This document shows positions 39,544-48,642 of a stretch of DNA of 64,000 bases, piece by piece; the first letter of the stretch is position 1; each line of letters opens with the position of its first letter. This stretch comes from an uncultured Verrucomicrobiae bacterium (GTDB lineage: Bacteria; Verrucomicrobiota; Verrucomicrobiia; Chthoniobacterales; Chthoniobacteraceae). Both the position numbers and the translations under genes were made by a program. The notes under the pieces are model-generated. The model did no database searches, was not told where the DNA came from, and saw nothing but the letters and a program-made list of their open reading frames with translations. The stretch is from positions 960,001 to 1,024,000 of the forward strand of contig CAVYKI010000009.1 of NCBI GenBank assembly GCA_963769025.1, in the 5' to 3' direction.

Positions 39544-39894
39544 ATGCACGACTTGGCGATTTCCCTGCAAGCTTTCGTAGCCGCCTCGATCTTTTTCGTT
39601 TGGGTCGTGCGCTACGACAACATCATCGCGGAGTTCAAACAGTATCGCCTGCCGGACTGGCTCCGCGATTTGGTCGGGATTCTCAAGCTCGCCCTGTCTC
39701 TGCTGCTGCTGATCGGAATCGAGCGCCCGCGCTTCGCCATCGTGGGCGGGCTGGGCATCGCTGTCCTGATGGCGTGCGCCTTCGTCGTGCATCTGCGGGT
39801 GAAGAACCCGCCGTTCAAGATGCTCCCCTGTCTCACGCTGCTCGTCCTTTCCGCCACGATCGCATTCATCAACTACCGGCTCGTGAACGCGTAA
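39544..39894 (+). CDS. DoxX-like small membrane protein
   Basis: Four hydrophobic segments, EFKQYRLPDW...VGILK, HLRVKNP..K.LP. Confidence 0.78.
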   Translation: MHDLAISLQAFVAASIFFVWVVRYDNIIAEFKQYRLPDWLRDLVGILKLALSLLLLIGIERPRFAIVGGLGIAVLMACAFVVHLRVKNPPFKMLPCLTLLVLSATIAFINYRLVNA

Positions 39895-39904
39895 GTTCCG
39901 GAGC

Positions 39905-40675
39905 ATGGGTTCCAGCGAAGCACCAGCGCGGGTTCCCGATGATGCGCAGCGGCTCGCGGCGCGGGCTCGGCCAACGGGGCGACCGGTGATGTATCAGCAA
40001 TGGCGCGACCTGCTCTTTCTCCACTGGGAATATCCAGCCGCTGCGATTCAGGCGACGCTGCCGGAGGGCCTGTTTGTGGATACGTTCGGTGGAAAGGCGT
40101 ATCTCGGCATCGTCCCGTTCTTCATGCGCAACATCCGGCCGCGCTTTCTGCCTGCGGTGCCGGGCATCTCGAATTTCATGGAGGTGAACCTGCGCACCTA
40201 TGTGCATGATCGATCCGGTGTCCCCGGTGTGTGGTTCTATTCGCTCGATGCGAACCGATGGCTCGCGGTGAAAATTGCGCGGAGGTTTTTTCATCTGCCC
40301 TACGAGCACGCGAGGATGCGGGCGAATCGCGCACCCGACGGCCGCATCCGCTACGAATCGCTGCGCACCGGCGAGCGGGCGAACGGCGCGAGTTGCCTTT
40401 TTGAATACGCTGCCGGAGCGGAGCTTCTGCCGCCGTCGCCCGGCTCGCCGGAGTTTTTTCTCGTCGAGCGCTACCGGCTCTATTCCCGCGCGCCCTGCGG
40501 GCTGCGGCGCGGCGCAGTTTCTCATCAGCCGTATCCGCTTTGCCGCGCGGATGTGTCGGCTTGGGACGACCACTTGCTGACGCTCGACGGCTTCGCCCCG
40601 GCTGGCCGCCCGCCGGATCACATCGTCATGTCGCGCGGGGTGGACGTGACGATTTTTCCGCTGGAGCGGGTGTGA
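39905..40675 (+). CDS. DUF2071 (YqjF) family protein
   Basis: MYQQWRDLLFLHW, EVNLRTYV, GVWFYSLDA, LPY, FLVERY.LY. Confidence 0.9.
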   Translation: MGSSEAPARVPDDAQRLAARARPTGRPVMYQQWRDLLFLHWEYPAAAIQATLPEGLFVDTFGGKAYLGIVPFFMRNIRPRFLPAVPGISNFMEVNLRTYVHDRSGVPGVWFYSLDANRWLAVKIARRFFHLPYEHARMRANRAPDGRIRYESLRTGERANGASCLFEYAAGAELLPPSPGSPEFFLVERYRLYSRAPCGLRRGAVSHQPYPLCRADVSAWDDHLLTLDGFAPAGRPPDHIVMSRGVDVTIFPLERV

Positions 40676-40756
40676 AACCGCTCTCTCGCCGATGTCTTCC
40701 TGCGACCTTCCGGTTTCTGTTGTCGCGAAGTCCGGATTCCATCATTCTCGGCGGGC

Positions 40757-41336
40757 ATGGAACAGGAACCCGATCCACAGCTCGATGCGGAGATCGCGCT
40801 CTTGCGTCGGGTCGCGCAGGGTGACCGCCGGGGTTTCGAGGAACTTTACGATCGCTTTTCCGGCGTCCTTTTTTCCACCGCGCATCGCGTGCTGAACAAC
40901 CAGGAGGCCGCCGAGGATGTGCTGCAGGATGTGTTCATCCAGATCTGGGAAAAGGCGCCGCTATACGACCCGTCGCGCGGAAAGCCGATGACGTGGGCGA
41001 TCACTCTCACCCGGAACAAGGCGATCGACCGCCTGCGCTCCACGCAGCGGCGCGGCCGGTTGCAGGAGGAGCTGATGCAGGAAACGCAAACTTCCGAGCA
41101 ATTCGATGATCGGAGTTCCTTCGATGCGGCCTCAGCGGGCGACACGAACAAGCTGGTCCACGAGGCGATGCAGAAGCTCTCGCCCGATCAACGCGAGGCG
41201 ATCGAACTCGCCTTTTTTTCCTCTCTCACGCAGATGGAAATTTCCGAGCGGCTCAAGCGTGCCGCTCGGCACTGTGAAGGCACGCATCCGCCGCGGCATG
41301 ATGCGGCTGCGGGATCTGCTGGGTCCGCGATTGTAG
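40757..41336 (+). CDS. ECF sigma-70 factor, SigK-like (frameshift near 41258)
   Basis: GDRRGFEELYDR, AEDVLQDVFIQIW, RNKAIDRLR, QREAIELAFF. Continues in a shifted frame as PLGTVKARIRRGM. Confidence 0.9.
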
Positions 41337-41345
41337 CCGCCCGGA

Positions 41346-41920
41346 TTACGCCGCGATGCGGTCCGTCAGTTCACGTTCGCGGGCGACGAGCCAGAGCGGC
41401 TGGCCCTCGCCGTTGAGAATCGGCGTGATGGCGACCTCGACCCAGTAAGGTGTGCCGTTCTTGTGGTAGTTGAGAATCGTCTCCTTGCACGGCTGGCACT
41501 CGTGCACCGCGCTCCGCATGCGCGCCGCGACCTCCCGGTCGGTCCTGGCGCCTTGCAGGATCGGGCCGAGATTTTTTCCACGCAACTCGTCGAGAGAATA
41601 TCCGCACATCTCGGTGAAGGCGGGATTGACCCATTGCACGAGGCGATCCGGGCCGCACACCACGAGCGCTTCGGACGCCACGTGCTGCGGGCGCTGGCGA
41701 TCAGGCCAGCGATGCGAGCCTTGAGCCCCGGCGAAGGCGATGGGTCTGCGGCGCGGCGCGTGGAGAGCGTCAGCGCCGCACCCACCTCCGACATCCCGGC
41801 CGCGAAATCGCGGAGTTCATGGTGAAATTCGAGGAGGAGTTCAAACTGCTCGCGCTCCTGCGGAGTCATGGCTCCGGAGGAGAAGAGTGCGGCTTGGTCC
41901 TGGAGGAATTCGTTGAGCAT
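41346..41920 (-). CDS. Anti-sigma-like N-terminal domain fused to a LOV-like PAS domain (frameshift near 41695)
   Basis: N-terminus LQDQAALFSSGAMTPQEREQFE...PSPGLKARI resembles RskA-type anti-sigma domains. C-terminal PAS WVNPAFTEMCGYSLDELRGKNLGPILQG.RTD...NYHKNGTPYWV..AITP. Confidence 0.8.
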
Positions 41921-41962
41921 CGGATGCGGGGATCGGGTGGAGAAGGTTAAGGATGGAAGCGC

Positions 41963-41989
41963 TACGTTCCATCGCCTGCTTTGGATACA
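41963..41989 (-). promoter_or_regulatory. Candidate ECF promoter TGTATCC-N16-CGTA upstream of the anti-sigma/PAS gene
   Basis: ECF-like -35 and -10 spacing, overlapped by the inverted repeat GATGGAA-N8-TTCCATC (41952-41973). Confidence 0.4.
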
Positions 41990-42058
41990 TTTTACGCCGA
42001 AATTTTCCAAGCGGCCAGAATCGGCTAGCCGGCGTATCGCCACCATGTTCACGCCCCA

Positions 42059-43440
42059 ATGAAACGCGCCCGAAAGCTGAGGAATCTCATCCTCGTCCTC
42101 GGAGATCAACTGGACGAGCGCTCGGCGGCATTCGATGGCTTCGACCCCCGCATGGACGCCATCTGGATGGCGGAGGTCGCGCACGAGTCCGAGAAGGTCT
42201 GGGTGGCAAAACCGCGCATCGCCATTTTCCTCGCGGCGATGCGCCACTTTCGCGATGCCCTGCTCGAGCGCGGCTGGCGGGTCTTCTACCGCGCGCTCAC
42301 GGCGAAATCCGCGGAGTGGAGCGGACTGAGCGGCACGGGATTGCCCGGCGAGACATTCGCCGCGCAACTCGCGTGGGCCATCGCGCAGACGCATCCGGAA
42401 AGGCTCATCATCGTCGAACCCGGCGAGTGGGGCGTGCGCGACGAAATCGCCGCCGCCACGCGCGAAGCGAAAGTGCCGCTGGAGATTCGCACAGACCGCC
42501 ATTTTCTCTGCTCCGCCGAGGAGTTCGCCGCGCACGCGAAAGGCCGGAAGCAACTGCGCATGGAATATTTCTACCGCGAGATGCGCGTGAAGACCGGCGT
42601 GCTCATGGACGGCGACAAGCCCGCGGGCGGCGAGTGGAATTTCGACCACGACAATCGCGAATCCTTCGGCAAAGACGGCCCCGGCTTCCTGCCAGCGCCG
42701 CGCCGATTTCTGCCGGACGAGACGACACGCGAAGTGATGGCGATGGTCTCCGCGCGCTTCGCGAGCATCCGGGGGAGTTGGAAAAGTTCGACTGGCCCGT
42801 GACCGCCGCGCAGGCGCGCGAGGCGCTCGATGATTTCATCGCGCACCGGCTCCCGGATTTCGGCCGGTGGGAGGATGCGATGTGGTCGGGCGAGCCGTGG
42901 CTCTACCATTCGCGCCTCAGCGCCGCGCTTAATCTCAAGCTGCTCGATCCCCGCGAAGTGCTCACCGCCGCCGAGCGCGCATGGCGCGAAAAGCGCGCGC
43001 CGATCGCGAGCGTCGAGGGTTTCATCCGGCAAATCCTCGGCTGGCGGGAATACGTGCGCGGCATCTACTGGCGGCTCATGCCCGGCTACGTCGGGCGCAA
43101 CGCGCTCGGCGCCGACGAGCCGCTGCCGGCATTCTACTGGACGGGCGAGACGGAGATGAACTGCCTGCGCCACGCGCTTCGCCAGACGCTCGACCACGGC
43201 TACGCGCATCACATCCAGCGGCTCATGGTCACCGGACTCTTCTCGCTGCTGGTCGGAGTCCGCCCGCGGGAGATCGAGGAGTGGTATCTGGCCGTGTACG
43301 TCGATGCCGTGGATTGGGTGGAGCTGCCGAACACTCTCGGCATGTCGCAATACGCAGACGGCGGCGTGATGGCCTCGAAGCCCTACATCGCGACCGGCAA
43401 ATACATCCAGCGCATGTCGAACTACTGCGCCGGCTGCCGC
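42059..43440 (+). CDS. Cryptochrome/photolyase, Fe-S (6-4) photolyase (PhrB/CryB, FeS-BCP) type, C-terminally truncated (frameshift near 42772)
   Basis: [83 protein letters not shown]. Homology stops there. Confidence 0.85.
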
Positions 43441-43849
43441 GAAGCGAAAACCATCGTCGGCGTTGCTTCCGGTGCCGGAGCAGTTCAACACCCTCGTGGC
43501 CGCCGTCAAGGCAGCCGGCCTCGTGGACACCCTCAATGGCGCCGGACCTTTCACCGTCTTCGCGCCGACTGACGAAGCGTTCGCGAAGCTCCCCAAGGGC
43601 ACGGTGGAAGACCTGCTCAAGCCCGAGAACAAGGCCAAGCTGGCATCGATCCTCACTTACCACGTGCTCGCCGGAAAAGTCATGGCCGCGGATGTGAAAA
43701 CCATGGGCGCCAAAACCGTGAACGGCAAGGAAGCGTCCATCAAGGTGGGTGGAGGCAAAGTGACCATCGGCGCCGCGAATGTCGTGAAGACGGACATCGC
43801 CGCAAGCAACGGCGTTATCCACGTCATCGACACCGTCCTCATCCCGTAA
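43441..43849 (+). CDS. Fasciclin (FAS1) domain, lacking its own start and signal peptide (indel near 43480)
   Basis: [45 protein letters not shown]...ILTYHV...[11 protein letters not shown]. Confidence 0.85.
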
Positions 43850-43864
43850 CGAACCTTCCGTGAG

Positions 43865-43894
43865 GGGCTGGCGGCTCACACCGCCAGCCCTTTT
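43865..43894 (+). terminator. Rho-independent terminator
   Basis: Perfect 10-bp stem GGGCTGGCGG-ctcaca-CCGCCAGCCC followed by TTTT, just after the fasciclin stop. Confidence 0.8.
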
Positions 43895-43924
43895 CACGAT
43901 TGGGTGCACTACCCGCCGAGACCT

Positions 43925-44116
43925 ATGTTTCACAAAATCGACTACCCGTTCCTGATCGGGGCTTTCGTCAGTTTCCTCGCCAGCGTCACGCTCTGGTTTC
44001 TGAAAAGTCACGAGTACCGGCTTTTCGTCGGCCTTTGGGTGCCGAGCATTCTCAGCCTGTGGGTCGGAGTGCGCATCGCCATTCTCTCCACCGGCATCAC
44101 GATGAGAAGGCCCTGA
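43925..44116 (+). CDS. Small membrane protein (63 aa, 2 TM)
   Basis: MFHKIDYPFLIGAFVSFLASVTLWF...LFVGLWVPSILSLW. Confidence 0.65.
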   Translation: MFHKIDYPFLIGAFVSFLASVTLWFLKSHEYRLFVGLWVPSILSLWVGVRIAILSTGITMRRP

Positions 44117-44119
44117 CGC

Positions 44120-44257
44120 ATGGAATACCTCATCGCCATTTTCGGCCTCGGTGTCGCCGTGAGCGGCGTCGTCATGAAAGGCATCTTCCATGCCGAAGAG
44201 TTTACAAAGACTGAGTTGGACCGCCGAAACGAGGAAGGCAACAGAGGATCATCCTGA
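44120..44257 (+). CDS. Small single-TM protein (45 aa), below the ORF-track cutoff
   Basis: MEYLIAIFGLGVAVSGVVMKGIFHAEEFTKTELDRRNEEGNRGSS*. Starts 3 nt after the previous stop. Confidence 0.55.
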   Translation: MEYLIAIFGLGVAVSGVVMKGIFHAEEFTKTELDRRNEEGNRGSS

Positions 44258-44354
44258 AACTCGATGACGGCCCCGCTAATCCACCACTTCATTCAAAAGT
44301 AGCCATCACGAATCATTCATTCGCGACTGAATCCAGACTGACCGAACCAACGCC

Positions 44355-44690
44355 ATGAACATCGGACTCTCTGACAGGACCCGGAACACCGTCATCAAAA
44401 CGCTGCAACCGCTGCTTGCCGGTCACGCAGTGCTCGCGATGCAAACGCGCGCCGCTCACTGGCGGCTCACGGACCGGCTCTTCAAGCCCGTGCACGAATG
44501 GCTCGGCGAGCAATACGAAGAATTCTGCCGAAGCGTGGCTGAAGTTGCTCCTCGCTCACCGCGAAGCATTGATCTGCCAGCTCCGCAGCGCGGCAGATGC
44601 GGTCGGCTCCGCAGGGGACAGCGGCACGCAGGACTTTCTCATCGGCCTCATGGAGGACCATGAAAAGACCGCGTGAATGCTGTGTTCCAG
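44355..44690 (+). pseudogene. dps: Dps (DNA starvation/stationary-phase protection ferritin) remnant
   Basis: MNIGLS..LL..H W..FKPVHEWLGEQYEE, central DxxAER helix missing, then GDSGTQDFLIGLMEDHEKTA*MLCS (TGA where W of 'HEKTAWML' is expected). Confidence 0.78.
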
Positions 44691-44768
44691 TGTCTGACCA
44701 GGCCGCGCTTGGTCACTCCCCGCCTTTCGGCACGCAATGGCACAGGCTGACGCGAAGTGTCGGCGCGG

Positions 44769-44933
44769 GCAATGTAGGACAGGCTTCCAGCCTGTCCCGA
44801 ATGGAATGAAGGCACGCGAAGACCGCGAGTGCGTCCTGCCGGATTCGACGCGTGGACTGCGACCGGGCGACCCGTACTGATTTTGTCCGCCCATCTTCCA
44901 TCCGGGACAGGCTGGAAGCCTGTCCGACATTGC
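44769..44933. repeat. REP doublet (REPIN-like), GTAGGACAGGCTTCCAGCCTGTC family
   Basis: 38-bp inverted arms at 44769-44806 and 44896-44933 with 2 mismatches, each containing the palindrome GACAGGCT-TCC-AGCCTGTC. Confidence 0.85.
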
Positions 44934-45091
44934 TGCCACGGCACCGCTGAGGCTCATTTCACAAAATCACGCTCGTGCGTTCCACGCCTGTTGGTGACTC
45001 AGCTCCTTGATGCGTCAGCCCTTCGCGATGGCACTTGCGTGGACGACGCGACAGGCGCAGGAACGGAGGGTCACCCCACAGCGAAAAATCC

Positions 45092-46135
45092 ATGAGCCAG
45101 CGCCAGCGCATTTTCCTCCCGTTCATTCCAACCACCCGGCGATTCGCCGCCTGCGTTGCCCTGCTATCACTTTTCGCACTGCCGCCGGCGGGGTTCGGGA
45201 AGGAGTCCAAACTGCCGCCGCCCGTCCGCATCGAATCCGGCGTCAGCGGGCACATTCATCCGGCCCTGTGCATTACCAGCAAGGGAACGCTCGTCGCGGT
45301 CTTCTGCAAAAAGGAACGCGCGCCACATCTCATCACCCGCTCGACCGATGGCGGGAAGACATGGTCGCTGCCAGCGCTCTTTCCTCCGACGATCAAGACC
45401 GGCATCTATCCCGGCTCGCTGACCACGCTCGCCGACGGGCGCATCGTCTCGACGTGGAATGTCTGGTTTGCCGTCCAGGAAAAAATCGCGTCGCGTTACG
45501 TCGCCTTTTCCATCAGCAGCGACGACGGCGTGACTTGGAGCGAGCCGGTCAGCCTCGCGAAGGCCGCCGACCCGAAAATCCACAGCGTCATCCGCCATCC
45601 CATCGTCGAGCTGTCGCCCGAGTCGTGGATGTTCCCCCTCGCCGACCGCACGGTGCTCTACCATCCGAAGTCCGGCGTCGAAAGCCCGTTCGGCGATGCC
45701 ACCAATCACGGGCTGGTGCCGATTGTCCGCACTGCGGCCGGGACATTTGTCAGCGGCAAAGGCTCCCGCTCCACGGATGGCGGCAAGACATGGAAGCCCA
45801 TCGCCCCCTTCCCCGACGTCTTCACGCAAGGCTGGCGGCATCAGATGATCGCGCTGAAGAACGGCTCGCTGCTCGCTTCGCAAATCCCCGGCCCCGGCGT
45901 CGGCGGTGATCGCATCAATTTCATCGTCTCCCGCGATGACGGCGCGTCGTGGGACATGGAGCATCCGGTGGAATTCTACAATCCAAACCGTGCGATCGGC
46001 GGCAGGGCGTGCCCGCGCACCGTCGAACTCGACACGCAGACGCTCGGAACAATCTACTATGACACCGACGAAACACAGCCCGGCGGCTCCGGTGTGTTCT
46101 TCCGGACGATGCCGATCGCGAACTTGGAACCCTGA
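45092..46135 (+). CDS. BNR/Asp-box repeat (sialidase-like) exported protein
   Basis: Four Asp boxes: STDGGKTW, SSDDGVTW, STDGGKTW, SRDDGASW. Confidence 0.85.
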   Translation: MSQRQRIFLPFIPTTRRFAACVALLSLFALPPAGFGKESKLPPPVRIESGVSGHIHPALCITSKGTLVAVFCKKERAPHLITRSTDGGKTWSLPALFPPTIKTGIYPGSLTTLADGRIVSTWNVWFAVQEKIASRYVAFSISSDDGVTWSEPVSLAKAADPKIHSVIRHPIVELSPESWMFPLADRTVLYHPKSGVESPFGDATNHGLVPIVRTAAGTFVSGKGSRSTDGGKTWKPIAPFPDVFTQGWRHQMIALKNGSLLASQIPGPGVGGDRINFIVSRDDGASWDMEHPVEFYNPNRAIGGRACPRTVELDTQTLGTIYYDTDETQPGGSGVFFRTMPIANLEP

Positions 46136-46296
46136 ACGAAAGGCACACGCAATATTCATCGATCGCGGTTCAAGAATGGAACGGGTAATGAATCGGTACG
46201 GCGTAACCCTTCCCGGCCGTGTCGCGCTCCGGATCGCTGTCAGTGCTTCAAATAGTCTTCTCGCAGACGGGTGATCAGACCTTGTACATCCGCCTC

Positions 46297-48636
46297 ATGA
46301 CCCATCGCCCTCCCTCCGGCTTGGCAGCGCTCAGTGCACTTGCGCTGCTCGCCGTTGACGTGCGTGGCGCCGATCCGAAGCCTTACAGCGGTGCGGGCTG
46401 CGCGGCGGCGGATGAGTTCTTCAACGACCATGTCTGGCCGAAGGTCGCCGCGGAGTCGTGCCTGAAATGCCACAAGGCCGGCGGCGATGCCGAGGACAGC
46501 AAACTGGTGCTGCGCGATCCGAAGCGCGAGCCGGATGCGGCGCAGGCGGAGGTGATGCGGCACAATCGCGGGGCGTTCGCGCGCATGGCGACAACGATGG
46601 AAGGCGGCCAGTCGCGGCTGCTGCTGAAAGCCGCAGGCAAGCTCAAACACGAGGGCGAGGAGGTGCTGAAGCCGGACTCGGCGGGTTACGGTGTGCTCGC
46701 AAGTTTTGTCCGCCGCGTAAATGCGCCGCCGGCCGCAACGCTCGCGAAAGAGACGGCGCCGGACAGGAATGCTCCGCCATTTTTCGACGGCATCGTGATG
46801 ATGGACGACCGCCGGCTGCTCCGCCGCGTCACGCTTTCGCTCGCGGGCCGGCTGCCGACGGATGCGGAGATCGCAGACGTGAGCAGGAATGGCCTGAAGG
46901 CGCTGCCGGCGATCCTCGATGCCGTGATGAAGGAGGACGCCTTCTACGACCGGCTGCGCGAGGGGTTCAACGACATCTTCCTCACGCTCGGCGCCGACGG
47001 AAATGCGGACCAGACGTTCCTTTCCTACGATCATTTCCCGCAGAGGCACTGGTATCAGAAGTGGGAGTTCAAAGACATCCCGGACGAGAAGGACCGCAAG
47101 CAGGCCGGCTACAAGATGGCGCGTGAATACCGCGAGGCGCTCCACGGCGAACCGCTGAGACTCATCGAGCAAATCGTGCGCGAACGGAAGCCTTTCACCG
47201 AGATCGTCACGGCGGACTACATCATGGTCTCACCCTACACGGCGCGGGGCTACGGCATGTTCGACGAGCTCCAGGCGCAGTTCAAAAACGCGGACGATCC
47301 CTTTGAATACATCCCGGTGAAGCTCCACGCGCTCAAGGGACGCGCGAAGCCGCAGGATCAGGAGTCGCCGACCGGCTTTTATCCGCATGCGGGACTGCTG
47401 AGCACCTTCCAGTGGCTGTGCCGCTACCCGACGACGGAGACGAACCGCAACCGGCTGCGCGCACGGATGTACTACCAGCACTTCCTCGGCGTCGATGTGC
47501 TCGAGCTCGCGGCTCGCGTGTCGGACGCCGCCGCGGCCACGGCTAAATTCAAGGTGCCGACGATGGAGGCCAGCGAGTGCGTGGTGTGCCATAAGACGCT
47601 CGATCCCGTCGCGGGGCTTTTTCAGGACTACTGGAAGTTCGCCGACCAGGGCGTGTACGGGCGGCGGAAGGACGGCTGGTTCACAGACATGTTCGGCGCG
47701 GGATTCGAGGGCGAGAATCTGCCGGCGGAGGAACGCTGGCGATCGCTGCAATGGCTCGGAGAACGCACGGCCAAGGATCCGCGCTTCGCCGTCGCGATGA
47801 CCGAGCACGCCTACTACATCCTGACCGGTCGCAAGGTGCTGCTGCCGCCGAAGGATCTCGATGACCCGCTCGACGCCGCGAAGCGCCGTGCGTACCAGGC
47901 CCAGCGAAAGCAGACCGAGGCCATCGCCGCGCGCTTCGCGCAGACGGGGTTCGACTTCAAGAGCGTGATCAAGGACTGGGCCGCGTCCGACTTTTACCGC
48001 GCCGACGGACTCGCGACCGTGGCGGCCAAGCCCGAGCGTCGCGCGGAACTCGACGACATCGGCGTCGTGCGAATGCTCGCGCCCGAGCAAGTCGAGCGGA
48101 AGCTGAACGCCATTTTCGGCAAAGGATGGGGACGCCTGAGACATGGTGACGGCGGCATGGCCATGCTCTATGGCGGCATTGACTCGAAGGAAGTCACCGA
48201 TCGCGCCACCGACCCGAGCGGCGCGATGGGCGCGATCCAGCGCATCCTGTCCAACGACGTGGCGTGCAAGCAGACCGCCCTCGACTTCAGCCGCCCGCCT
48301 GCTGAGCGGATTCTTTTCCCAAACATCGAGCCGGACGTGCTGCCCGGCGATTCGCCCGAGGCGGACGCGAAAATCCGCAACGCGATCGTGCATCTGCACA
48401 AGCGCGTGCTCGGCCGCTACGACACACCGGACTCGCCCGAGGTCGCGCGCACGTTTCAGCTTTTCTCCGGAATCGTCAGCGACGCCGCCGAGCACAGCAA
48501 GACGCTCGACAAACAGGAGAGCTACTCCTGCCGCCAGGGCCTCCTCGCTCCCGTGCCCGATCCGAAATACGCCGTCCGCGCATGGCGCGGTGTCGTGACC
48601 TACCTCCTCCGCCAGCACGAGTTCCTCTACGAGTGA
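46297..48636 (+). CDS. Exported di-heme protein, DUF1588/DUF1549-related
   Basis: Signal peptide, CLKCH, LLRRVTLSLAGRLPT, PHAGLLS, NRNRLRAR, CVVCH..LDP. Confidence 0.8.
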   Translation: MTHRPPSGLAALSALALLAVDVRGADPKPYSGAGCAAADEFFNDHVWPKVAAESCLKCHKAGGDAEDSKLVLRDPKREPDAAQAEVMRHNRGAFARMATTMEGGQSRLLLKAAGKLKHEGEEVLKPDSAGYGVLASFVRRVNAPPAATLAKETAPDRNAPPFFDGIVMMDDRRLLRRVTLSLAGRLPTDAEIADVSRNGLKALPAILDAVMKEDAFYDRLREGFNDIFLTLGADGNADQTFLSYDHFPQRHWYQKWEFKDIPDEKDRKQAGYKMAREYREALHGEPLRLIEQIVRERKPFTEIVTADYIMVSPYTARGYGMFDELQAQFKNADDPFEYIPVKLHALKGRAKPQDQESPTGFYPHAGLLSTFQWLCRYPTTETNRNRLRARMYYQHFLGVDVLELAARVSDAAAATAKFKVPTMEASECVVCHKTLDPVAGLFQDYWKFADQGVYGRRKDGWFTDMFGAGFEGENLPAEERWRSLQWLGERTAKDPRFAVAMTEHAYYILTGRKVLLPPKDLDDPLDAAKRRAYQAQRKQTEAIAARFAQTGFDFKSVIKDWAASDFYRADGLATVAAKPERRAELDDIGVVRMLAPEQVERKLNAIFGKGWGRLRHGDGGMAMLYGGIDSKEVTDRATDPSGAMGAIQRILSNDVACKQTALDFSRPPAERILFPNIEPDVLPGDSPEADAKIRNAIVHLHKRVLGRYDTPDSPEVARTFQLFSGIVSDAAEHSKTLDKQESYSCRQGLLAPVPDPKYAVRAWRGVVTYLLRQHEFLYE

Positions 48637-48642
48637 CCGGCC

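Noticed and set aside
41346..41681. Canonical LOV photoreceptor
   Set aside because: It lacks the adduct-forming Cys of GxNCRFLQ and the conserved Asn and Gln, so it is reported only as LOV-like PAS.
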